From NCBI GenBank assembly GCA_038087875.1, contig JAXLNO010001226.1:1-64000 (forward strand): a DNA stretch of 64,000 nt, in the 5' to 3' direction. Position 1 is the first letter of the stretch; each line of letters begins with the position of its first letter. A program made the position numbers and the translations under genes. Positions 22,801 through 34,776 of this stretch are shown here, piece by piece. This stretch comes from Malacoraja senta. Taxonomy: Eukaryota. The notes beneath the pieces were generated by a model. That model had not been told where the DNA came from. It did not search any database and saw only the letters and a list, made by a program, of their open reading frames with translations.

Positions 22801-25660
22801 CACTGTTGAATCCATCTTGCTACTCCACCATTAATACCCAACAATTGAATCTTCTTAACCAACCTTCCATGAGGAACCTTGTCAAAGGACTTACTGAAGT
22901 CCATATAGACACATCCACTGCTTTACCCTCATCAATTTCCCTAGTAACCTCTTCGAAAAATTCAAGAAGATTAGTCAAACATGACCTTCCAGGCACAAAT
23001 CCATGTTGACTGTTCTTAATCAGACCCTGTTTATCCAGATGCTTATATATATTATCCCTAAGTATCCTTTCCATTAATTTGCCCACCACTGACGTCAAAC
23101 TAACAGGTCTAGAATTGCTAGGTTTACTCTTAGAACCCTTTTTAAACAATGGAACAACAAGCGCAGTACGCCAATCCTCCTGCACTATTCCCGTTTCTAA
23201 TGACATTTGAAATATTTCTGTCATAGCCCCTGCTATTTCTACACTAACTACCCTCAATGTCCTAGGGAATATCCTGTCAGGACCTGGAGACTTATCCGTT
23301 TTCATATTTTTCAAAAGTGTCCGCACCTCCTCTTCTTTGAATCTCATAGTTTCCCTTACCTCACATAATTCAATATCCTTCTCCTTGGTGAATACCGAAG
23401 AAAAGAAATTGTTCAATATCTCCCCCATCTCTTTTGGCTCTGCAGATAGCTGTCCACCCTGACTCTCTAATGGACCAATATTATTCCTTGTTATCCTTTT
23501 GCTATTAATATAGCTGTAGAAACCCTTTGGGTTTACTTTCACCTTACTTGCCAAAGCAACCTCATATCTTCTTTTAGCTTTTCTAATTTCTTTCTTAATA
23601 TTCTTTTTACATTCTTTATACTCCTGCAGCACCTCATTTACTCTATGCCGCCTATAATTATTGTAGATCTCTCTCTTTTTCCGAACCAAGTGTCCAATTT
23701 TCCTTGAAAACCATGGCTCTTTCCAATTTTTACTATTTCCTTTCAACCGAACAGGGACATAAAGATTCTGTACTCTTAAAATGTCACCTTTAAATGTCCT
23801 CCATTTCTCTCTACATCCTTCCCATAAAACAAATGCCCCAATTCACTCCTTTTAAATCCTTTCGCATCTCCTCAAAGTTAGCCTTTCTCCAGTCAAAAAT
23901 CTCAACCTTAGGTCCAGTTCTGACCCTCTCCATAACTATATTGAAACTAATGGTATTGTGATCACTGGACCCAAAGTGCTCCCCAACGCATACCTCCGCC
24001 ACCTGCCCTGTCTCATTTCCTAACAGGAGGTCCAGCACTGCCCCTTCTCTTGTAGGTACCTCTATGTATTGCTGCAAAAAACTATCCTGCACACATTTTA
24101 CAAACTCCAAACCATCCAGCCCTTTTACAGAATGTGTTTCCCAGTCTATGTGTGGAAAAATGAAATCTCCCACAATCACTACCTTGTGCTTACTACTAAT
24201 ATCTGCTATCTCCTTACATATTTGCTCTTCCAATTCTCGCTCTCCATTAGGCGGTCTATAATACACCCCTATAAGTGTTGCTACCCCTTTCCCATTTCTC
24301 AGTTCCACCCAAATAGCCTCCCTAGACGAGCCCTCTAATCTATCCTGCCAAAGCACTGCTGTAATATCTTCCTTGACAAGCAACGCAACACCCCCACCTC
24401 TTGCCCCTCCAACTCTATCACACCTAAAGCAACGAAATCCTGGAATATTTAGTTTCCACTCACAGCCCTCCTGCAACCATGTTTCACTGATCGCCACAAC
24501 ATCATACTTCCAGGTGTCAATCCAGGCTCTAAGCTCATCCACCTTTCTTACAATGCTCCTAGCATTAAAATATACACATTTAAAGAAACCCACCACCTCT
24601 TATTCTCTGTTTATTATCTTTTTCTTCTTTCTCCCCTACATTTTGGGTCCGAGTCCTTCCCTTCTCTGCCTCCTGCCTCACACCCTGACTACTAGCTTTC
24701 CCTATTCGAGTCCCTCCCCCCAACCGTTCTAGTTTAAAGTCTCCCCAGTTGCCTTTGCAAATCTCCCCGCCAGGATATTGGTCCCCCTCGGGTTCAAGTG
24801 CAACCCGTCCTTTTTGTATAGGTCACACCTTCCCCAAAAGAGGTCCCAATGATCCAGAAACTTGAATCCCTGCCCACTGCACCAGTCCCTCAGCCACGCA
24901 TTTATCCTCCACCTCATTCCATTCCTACTCTCACTGTCGCGTGGCACAGGCAGTAATCCTGAGATTGTTACCTTTGTAGACCTTCTCCTTAACTCTCCTC
25001 CCAACTCCCTAAATTCTCCTTTCAGGACCTCTTTTCTCTTTCTGCCTATGTCATTGGTATCTATATGTACCACAACCTCAGGCTCCTCTCGCTCCCATTT
25101 CAGGATATCTTGGACGCATTCAGACACATCCATGACCCTGGCACCAGGGAGGCAAACTACCATCCGGGTCTACTGACTGCGTCCACAGAATCGCCTGTCT
25201 GACCCCCTAACTATAGAGTCCCCTATTTACTATTGCCCTCCTCTTCTATTCCCTACCCTTCTGAGCAACAGGGCCGGTCTCTGTACTGGAGGCCCGGCCA
25301 CTGTCGCTACCCCCAGATAGGCTGTCCCCCCAACCGTACTCAAACATGAGTACTTATTGTCAAGGTGTACAGCCACCGGGGTAATCACTAGTCCTTGCCT
25401 CTGCCTCTGGCCCTTCCTAACAGTGACCCACTTGTCTGCCTCCCATGGTCTTGGAGTGACCACCTCCCTATAACTCCTCTCTATGACCTCCTCACTCTCC
25501 CTGATCAGACAGAGGTCATCGAGCTGCTGCTCCAGGTTCCTAACACGGTCCCTTAGGAGCCCCATCTAGACACACCTGGCGCAGATGTGGATGTCTGGAA
25601 GGGTATCAGACTCCATGACCTCCCACATCTGACATCCAGAACAGTAAACTGCCCTGGCCC
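19862..25660 (-). mobile_element. Near full-length CR1 (ORF1 with SGNH esterase, ORF2 EN-RT), split by a nested Crack insertion
   Basis: ORF1 pieces 25230-25565 and 24729-25163 (CLPGARV...DGLHLN), EN 23811-24596, RT 22820-23746 and 22578-22904. The reading DNEVDF|QSLQRD rejoins across 22595/20754. Confidence 0.9.
20755..22594 (+). mobile_element. Crack/L2-group LINE 3' half nested in CR1 (gap N 22363-22508 in 3' UTR)
   Basis: [20 protein letters not shown]...LFADDTNIF; LVLPYLNYCVEVWG; A-rich tail. Confidence 0.85.
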
Positions 25661-25664
25661 TCAA

Positions 25665-25873
25665 TCTCCCCCTCTTTCTCCCCCTCTTCCATATTGTGTT
25701 TTTGATTTTTGTTTTTGGATTTAATTCTATCTTTAATTTGTGTACTGGTGATGTCTTTGCTATTTATTTCATTCCGCTTACATGTTTCTACACTATTTGT
25801 TAAACTTTGTAAGGTGTCCTTGAGACTTTTGAAAGGCACCCATAAATAAAATTTATTATTATTATTATTATTA
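25665..25873 (+). mobile_element. L2-type LINE 3' end
   Basis: gtaaggtgtccttgag...gaaaggcacccataaataaaat followed by an (att)n tail. Confidence 0.55.
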
Positions 25874-26007
25874 ATACAAAGCCTTACCCTGGATACAATA
25901 CAAAGCCTTACCCTGGGTACAAGCCAATCAGCGGCTTCCCCTAGTCCGTTTCCACCAATCAGTGGCTTCCTCAATCCCACTTAATTTGAAGTGTGAACTG
26001 CGGATGG

Positions 26008-27371
26008 AATACTCCAGGTGTGGTCTCACCAGGGCCCTGTACAACTGCAGAACGACCTCTTTGCTCCTATACTCAACTCCTCTTGTTATGAAGGCCAACA
26101 GGCCAAAACTGCACACAATACTCCAGGTGTGGTCTCACCAGGGCCCTGTACAAATGCAGAAGGACCTCTTTGCTCCTATACCCAACTCCTCTTGTTATGA
26201 AGGCCAACAGGCCAAAACTGCACACAATACTCCAGGTGTGGTCTCACCAGGGCCCTGTACACCTGCAGAAGGATCTCTTTGCTCCTATACTCAACTCCTC
26301 CTTGTTATGAAGGCCAACAGGCCAAAACTGCACACAATACTCCAGGTGTGGTCTCACCAGGGCCCTGTACAACAGCAGAAGGACCTCTTTGCTCCTATAC
26401 TCAACTCCTCTTGTTATGAAGGCCAACAGGCCAAAACTGCACACAATACTCCAGGTGTGGTCTCACCAGGGCCCTGTACACTGCAGAAGGACCTCTTTGC
26501 TCCTATACTCAACTCCTCTTGTTATGAAGGCCAACAGGCCAAAACTGCACACAATACTCCAGGTGTGGTCTCACCAGGGCCCTGTACAACTGCAGAAGGA
26601 CCTCTTTGCTCCTATACTCAACTCCTCTTGTTATGAAGGCCAACAGGCCAAAACTGCGCACAATACTACAGGTTTGGTCTCACCAGGGCCCTGTACAACT
26701 GCAGAAGGACCTCTTTGCTCCTATACTCAACTCCTCTTGTTATGAAGGCCAACAGGCCAAAACTGCACACAACACTCCAGGTGTGTCTCACCAGGGCCCT
26801 GTACAACTGCAGAAGGACCTCTTTGCTCCTATACTCAACTCCTCTTGTTATGAAGGCCAACAGGCCAAACTGCACACAATACTACAGGTGTGGTCTCACC
26901 AGGGCCCTGTACAACTGCAGAAAAACCTCTTTGCTCCTATACTTAACTCCTCTTGTTATGAAGGCCAACAGGCCAAAACTGCACACAATACTCCAGGTGT
27001 GGTCTCACCAGGGCCCTGTACAACTGCAGAAGGACCTCTTTGCTCCTATACTCAACTCCTCTTGTTATGAAGGCCAACAGGCCAAAACTGCACACAATAC
27101 TCCAGGTGTGGTCTCACCAGGGCCCTGTACAACTGCAGAAGGACCTCTTTGCTCCTATACTCAACTCCTCTTGTTATGAAGGCCAACAGGCCAAAACTGC
27201 ACACAATACTCCAGGTGTGTTCTCACCAGGGCCCTGTACAACTGCAGAAGGACCTCTTTGCTCCTATACAAAATGTAAAGCACTTTGGCCAATGAGAGGT
27301 GTTTTTTAAATGTGCTAAATAAATAAATGTGACTTGACTTGACTTGATACTCAACTCCTCTTGTTATGAAG
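26008..27371 (-). repeat. 109-bp CR1-derived satellite, about 12 units
   Basis: gaaggccaacaggcc at 26090, 26199, 26309, 26418, 26526, 26635, 26744, 26852, 26960, 27069 and 27178. A short L2-like tail (27270-27346) is inserted with an atac duplication. Confidence 0.95.
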
Positions 27372-28692
27372 GGAGGGAGAGAGAAAACGGGGAATTACAG
27401 ACCAGTTAGTCTAACATCGGTAGTGGGGAAACTGCTAGAGTCAGTTATTAAAGATGGGATAGCAGCACATTTGGAAAGTGGTGAAATCAGTGGATGTGTT
27501 GTATCTGGACTTTCAGAAGGCTTTCGACAAGGTACCACATAAGAGATTAGGATACAAACTTAAATCACACGGTATTGGTGGTTCAGTATTGATGTGGATA
27601 GAGAACTGGCTGGCAAACAGGAAGCAAAGAGTAGGAGTAAACGAGTCCTTTTCACAATGGCAGGCAGTGACTAGTGGGGTACCGCAAGGCTCAGTGCTGG
27701 GACCCCAGCTATTTACAATTTATATTAATGATCTGGACGAGGGAATTGAAAGCAACATCTCCAAGTTTGCGGATGACACTAAGCTGGGGGCAGTGTTAGC
27801 TGTGAGGACGATGTTAGGAGACTGCAAGGTGACTTGGATAGGCTGGGTGAGTGGGCAAATGTTTGGCAGATGCAGTATAATGTGATAAATGTGAGGTTAT
27901 CCACTTTGGTGGCAAAAACGGGAAGGCAGAATATTATCTAAATGGTGGCCGATTAGGAAAATGGGTAGATGCAGCGAGACCTGGGTGTCATGGTACACCA
28001 GTCATTGAAAGTAGGCATGCAGGTGCAGCAGGCAGTGAAGAAAGCGAATGGTATGTTGGCCTTCATAGCAAGAGGATTTGAGTATAGGAGCAGGAGGTTC
28101 TACTGCAGTTGTACAGGGTCTTGGTGAGACCACACCTGGAGTATTGCGTACAGTTTTGGTCTCCAAATCTGAGGAAGGACATTATAGCCATAGAGGGAGT
28201 GCAGAGAAGGTTCACCAGACTGATTCCTGGGATGTCAGGACTTCATATGAAGAAAGACTGGATAGACTTGGCTTATACTCGCTAGAATTTAGGAGATTGA
28301 GAGGGATCTTATAGAAACGTACAAAATTCTTATGGGGTTGGACAGGCTAGATGCAGGAAGATTGTTCCCGATGTTGGGGAAGTCCAGGACAAGGGGTCAC
28401 AGCTTAAGGATAAGGGGGAAATCCTTTAAGACCGAGATGAGGAAAAACTTTTTCACACAGAGAGTGGTGAATCTCTGGAACTCTCTGCCACAGACGGTAG
28501 TTGAGGCCAGTTCATTGGCTATATTTAAGAGGAGTTAGATGTGGCCCTTGTGGCTAAAGCGATCAGGGGGTATGGAGAGAAGGCAGGTACGGATACTGAG
28601 TTGGATGATCAGCCATGATCATATTGATGGCAGTGCAGGCTCGAAGGCCGAATGGCCTACTCCTGCACCTATTTTCTATGTATCTATGTATC
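27368..28692 (+). mobile_element. CR1 3' portion with internal deletion and many indels
   Basis: RT motifs in ORFs 27478-27885, 28078-28314 and 28332-28538. Confidence 0.9.
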
Positions 28693-28693
28693 T

Positions 28694-30046
28694 ATGAAGG
28701 CCAACAGGCCAAAACTGCACACCATACTCCAGGTGTGGTCTCATTTGGGATAGAGGGAGAGAGAGGGGGGAGGAGAGGGGGAGAGAGAGAGAGAGGGAGA
28801 GAGGGAGAGAGAGAGAAGGAGAGGAAGAGGNNNNNNNNNNNNNNNNNNNNNNNNNNNNNNNNNNNNNNNNNNNNNNNNNNNNNNNNNNNNNNNNNNNNNN
28901 NNNNNNNNNNNNNNNNNNNNNNNNNNNNNNNNNNNNNNNNNNNNNNNNNNNNNNNNNNNNNNNGGGAGAGAGATAGGGGGAGAGAGGGGAGAGAGAGAGG
29001 GGGAAAGAGGGGAGAGAGAGAGGGGATAGGTCAGCCATGGTTGCAAGGCGGACTCGGTAAGTTGGCGATATGCAGAGTATTGCCCTGCTGACTACAAATT
29101 CAGAAAGGTCCAATGCAGACAATGCCAAGTGTGGGCCTAGCAGGAGTGAAATGGGCCGAAGGACCTTTTCGGACGGTCCGGGCTCCCCGCATCCACCCCG
29201 TTGTCCCGCAAGGTCGGTTTGGTGACTTTGGGGGAATTTTGGGGGCAAATAGTTTGGAAATGAGACAGGAATCGGCCTTCAAGGGCCACATTAAGCACGG
29301 ATAGAGTGTGAATTTTAAGTGTGGGGAACCGCCTGCCAGCGCCTGTGCCTGCTGCATTAAAGGGAATGCATGCATGACTGGCTGCATTAAAGGGACTGCA
29401 TGTATCACTTGCTGCATTAAAGGGAATGCATGCATCACTGGCTGCATTGCTGCCTCCCCCGCTGCATGGCAGCGCTTTTATCTTTACCTGCTTTTCACTG
29501 CTGCATTCCCGAGGCGCTTCCGGCGTGAGGGGGGACGCTTTAGGGCGGCGCACCGGCGCTGGCAAAGCGGGACGGCGGGTCTCAGGCGTCCGGGTCGAGG
29601 GCGAAACGCCGAATGTTGGTTCCGGGGTGGTTTTGTTGTTGTTTTTTTGGTGCATTGAGGGTGGGGTGGAGAGGAAAAGGAGGGGGGGAGAGAGGGAGAG
29701 AGGGAGGGAGGGAATGAGTGTGAGAGAAAGTTTGAAGAGTTTTGAGAAACTTTTAGAGGGAAGAAGGGAGAGGGGGACGAGGGGAGAGAGGGAGAGTGAA
29801 GTATTCACCTCTACCTCCCTCTCTGGTCGTGACGATGGCGCAGCGGTAGAGTTGCCGCCTCACGGCGCCAGAGACCCGGGTTCCATCCCGACCACGGGCG
29901 CTGTCTGTACGGAGTTTGCACGTTCTCTCTCCCCTTGACCTGCGTGGGTTTTCTCCGGGCGCTCCGGTTTCCTCCCACCAGGGCCGGATTTACGTATGAG
30001 CCAGACAAGCTTAAGTTTAGGGCCTTGAGATCTAGGGGGGCCTCGG
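28694..30046 (+). repeat. Paralogue of 2890-4490 (satellite half-unit, GA tract with gap N 28831-28963, GC-rich unit, SINE, MITE end)
   Basis: Collinear high similarity by eye. Confidence 0.9.
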
Positions 30047-30264
30047 CCCGCTCACCAAAGTGTGTTAAAGTTTTGACATAGTGGCGTTGTTACAAACCCT
30101 ACCATCGGTAGCGTTGTGTTAGCGATTCCGGAGGCTTTGGTGGTGTGGGGGGGAATTAAAATGCAGGTGAGGTTTATATTCGTTGTGGAGAGGACAAGCC
30201 GAGTCTATCCAGTCTTTCTTCATATGAAAGTCCTGACATCCCAGGAATCAGTCTGGTGAACCTT

Positions 30265-30766
30265 CTCTGTACTCCCTCTATGGCTATAATGTCTTTCCTC
30301 AGATTAGGAGACCAAAACTGTATGCAATTCTCCAGGTGTGGTCTCACCAAGACCCTGCCAACTGCAGTAGAACCTCCCTGCTCCTATACTCAAATCATTT
30401 TGCTATGAATGCTAACATACCATTCGCTTTCTTCACTGCCTGCTGCACCTGCATGCCTACTTTCAATGACTGGTGTACCATGACACCCAGGTCTCGTTGC
30501 ATCTCCCCTTTTCCTAATCGGCCACCATCGCCTCAGTCCACCCACCTGCCTTCCTCCGGCCCAACCCCCATCCCTGCCGTGTGTTCACCATCCCCCCTGA
30601 CCTCCCCCCTCTCAGATACCGAACGGTCTGTCCTCAGCAGAGGCCACACCTTTGTCCCCCTCCATCCCCACCTCAATGAGTTCCGCTCCCGCCTCGGTTT
30701 GGAACTCTTCTTCCCTCGCCTCCGCCTCACACCGTTCTTCCACGGGAAGGAGTCCTCGCCCCCATT
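30265..30766. repeat. 502-bp CR1(-)/Penelope(+) chimeric segment, directly repeated at 36546-37047
   Basis: About 7-8 differences between copies. The Penelope part encodes the RVFTIPPDLPLSDTERSVLSRGHTFVP-like N-terminal motif. Confidence 0.9.
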
Positions 30767-33700
30767 TTTTTTTTTTTTTTTTTTTTTAATATTTTTTTAT
30801 TATTGGAGATAAGTACACAATTTATTTACATCATTACAGTCTAACATTTTTAAATTGATAATATTGTCAATTATTATTACATTGTCTCCAATACCTTTTG
30901 CCTTTTTTTTTTAAACTAGATAGAACTAAAGAGATAGATGAAGTAAAGAAAGAAAAGAAAGAGAATAATAATTAAAAAAAAAAAAATTAAAAAAAAACAA
31001 AGAGAAAAAAAAAATAATAATAAATAAATAAAGAGAAAATAGTTAAAGAAGAATGGAAAAATTTATTGAAATAAAAAACTTCATTCGAGATATATTCGTA
31101 CATTTCAGAGTATAGCATTTCATCCATTCTTTAGCCCGAGTGCTAGTCAGGTTCCTGTGCTGAACTATTCTGACCCTTTAAGTAATCAATAAAAGGAGAC
31201 CATGTTCCTACGAATAATTCCTGTTTGTCCAACAGGGAAAATCTGATTCTTTCCACGTTTAAGGTCTCCGTCATTTCTATAATCCATTGGCCTTTCCAAA
31301 ATTTTAGAATTAATTTTTTTCCTGTTATTAAACTATAATCAATAAAGTTTCTTTGTGTTGTTCTAAATGTTTGATTTAATTCTAATATTCCGAGTATTAT
31401 TAATTTTGGATCTGGGTCCAATTGTGTGCCGGTTACTTTAGATATTATACTGAAAATATTTACCCAGAATTTTTTAATTTTTATACAGTTTGCAAACATA
31501 TGAGATAATGTAGCTTCTAAATGTTGACATTTATCACATATAGGTGAGATATGTTGAAAAATGTTATGTAGTTTTGTTTTTGAATAATGTACCTATGTAT
31601 TACTTTAAATTGTATTAGAGAATGTCTGGCGTTTAGTGAGCACTGATGTATGTGTTGCAAACTTTCTTCCCAAGTATCTTTCGTTATTACTTGATTTAAT
31701 TCTTTTTCCCATGTTTGTCTGTGTAATTCTGTCGAAGGAATGTCACTGTCTAATAAGATATTATATATATAAGATATTAATTTTTCTGTATTAGGATGTT
31801 TGTTCCAACATTCATCAAGAATTTTCTGAATTTCTAAATCGAAAATTTTGAGAGTTCGATTTTACATAATCTCTAAGTTGAAGATATCTGAAATAATCAT
31901 TTCCTCGAAGTCCATAAGTCTGTTGCAACTCCTGAAATTCAGTAATGGGGGAAAATTTGCTTTAAATAATGATGTATATCTCTTAGTTATATAAATACCT
32001 AGATATTTAAATTTTTCATTTACTATTTTAAATGGAAATTGTTGTATTATCTGTTTGTTATGTTCCCTTATTGGCATAATTTCACTTTTATTCCAATTTA
32101 TTCTGTATCCTGAAAGTGAACCAAATTGGGTTATTAGCTTTAATAAGTTTGGAATACTAATGTCTGGTTTTGTAATGTAAATTAATACATCATCTGCGTA
32201 TAGAGAAATTTTATTCACTGTGTCCTTTGTGTTATACCCATGTATTTCCGGATGACCCCTAACTCTGTGCCAGTGGCTCAATAGCAAGCGCAAATAATAA
32301 TGGAGATAACGGGCATCCTTGTCTACAACCTCTAGATAGGCTAAATTTAGATGACAACCTTTGGTTTGTAAGTATTCTAGCCGTGGGATTTGTATATAAC
32401 AGTTTTATCCATGTACAGAATTTCTCCCCTAGCTGCATATTTTCCATCACCGAAAATAAATAAGACCATTCCACCTGATCAAATGCTTTTTCAGCGTCAA
32501 GTGAGATTATTGCTAGATCTTCGTTAATAATTCTCTTGGAATATATAATATTAAATAATCTTCTTAGATTATAATATGAATACCGTTTCTGAATAAAGCC
32601 TGTTTGGTCAGGGTGTATTAATTTATTCATCACTGTACTTAATGATAGTCTAGTTAATAACTACTTATTCCTAAAGCTGAATAAAGGGATCCGGAAGACC
32701 CGGGATCATATGATCCCGGGTCTTCCGGATCTTTATCAGCTTTAGGAATAAGTGTTATTATAGATTCATTTAAAGTGTCTGGAAGTTTCTGTTGAGTATA
32801 GATATATTCATACAGTCTTTGTAAACGTGGGCAAAGCAAATCATAAATTTTTTAATAAAATTCGGAGCCTAAACCATCTGGTCCTACTGCTTTACCATTT
32901 TTTAAAGAACCAATAGACTCTTCAATATCCTTTATCGTAATCTCCCTTTCTAATAATTCTCTATCGTTTGAATCTAAACCTTTTAAATTACATTTTAGTA
33001 AAAAATCTGCTATTCCTTCTGGTTGTGCTACTGTTTTAGTTGAATAAAGGTTATAATAGTATTGGAGAAATCTATCATTTATGTCCTTGGGCATTTTTAA
33101 TAATTCTCCTGTCTCTGTTCTAATTTTATGAATTATTTTTTCCCCTTCCATTTTTCGTAACTGACGTGCTAATAGTTTTTGTGGTTTGTCTCCAAATTCA
33201 AAATGTAATTGTTTGGTTTTTTGATAAAGTTTTATTACTTGTTCTGAATACATTTTATTTAATTTATATTTCAATACAACAATTTTATTATGTTTTAAAG
33301 TAGATGGCATTCTCGCATTTTCTATATCTAGTTGCTTGATTTCGCTTTCCAATGTTTGTTGCTTAATCCTGTTCTCTTTATTATAAAATGCTTGAGCAGA
33401 AATTAATGTACCTCGAACATACGCTTTAAACGTTTCCCACATAAGAGAAGTAGGTGTGTCAGGGTTGTCATTTACCTCAAAGAATATTTGAATCTGTTTA
33501 ATAATATATTCCTGGCATGATCTTTCATTCAAAATTTGTGGGTTAAATCTCCAATATGTTTGTTTCTCGGACATTCCATTCAATTTAATCATGAATGTTA
33601 CAGGTGCGTGATCTGAGATTATAATGTTATGGTATTTTAAATTATAAATAAATGGGGTAAACGTAGAGTCAACTAAAAAATAATCTATTCTTGAGTATGT

Positions 33701-34733
33701 TTTATGTACTGGTGAGTAAAATGAATATTCCCGTCCAGTTGGGTTTTCTATTCTCCAGACATCCTTAATATTAGAGGTATTAATGAATGAATTTAGAAAT
33801 ACACTTGATTGGGATTTTACTTTTTTTTGCCTTGATGATCTATCTAAGTATGAATCTAATGTACAATTGAAGTCTCCTCCAATTATTAATTTATATTGTG
33901 TAAATTCTGGAATTTTATTAAATGTTTTATTAAAAAACATGGGGTTATCAAAATTAGGCCCATATACATTCAGAAGAATCACTTTTTCTCCATTTAACTC
34001 TCCAACTAGTATAATATATCTACCATCAATATCCACTATTGTTGAAGAGTTCGTAAAAGGTATTCCTTTACGAATTAATATTGCAACTCCTCTGGACTTG
34101 TGGGAAAAGGAGGAATGATATGCTTCAGCGATCCACTTAGCTTTAAGTCTATGTTGAGATTCCTTTTTAAGGTGTGTTTCTTGAAGAAATATTACATCTG
34201 TTTTGATTAAATTTAAATGTGCCAAAACTTTACCTCTTTTAATTGGTTCATTGATTCCCTTGACATTCCAACTACAAAATGTTATTCCCTGATCCCCTCT
34301 TGTCATATTAACATCTTGCATATTGTTTCTAAGGTGGTCTATAGCCGAGCAGAAAGTACAACACAGAGAACCTGACCCTGCTCCCGAACCTCGAATAGAT
34401 GAATTTAAAATCATATACGTCGCTCTTCCGAACACATCTCCTTGTATTAGTCTTATTTTTCCATTCAAACATTAAATTATAAAAATATTTAAAGTGAAAA
34501 AAGTGATAGAGTTGATTAGTATAGGGTGAAAGAAAAAGAACTACATCTACAATTAGTGTAGTTAGTGATAGCCACACTAACGTGGCTAGAATTCTAAAGA
34601 CTTCCGTAGCCTTTGTAAGAAAAAAAAAATTCCCAGCTCCGTGCCCGAAGAAGAAAAAAGATTATTTCTAACATTCAAATAACTTCTTTGGGAGTAACAA
34701 ACTTATTTACATACCCATACGTACACACACACA

Positions 34734-34776
<43 letters not shown>

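Noticed and set aside
26008-27371. CRISPR-like array
   Set aside because: The units are contiguous near-identical 109-mers with no unique spacers, are derived from CR1, and sit in a vertebrate genome.
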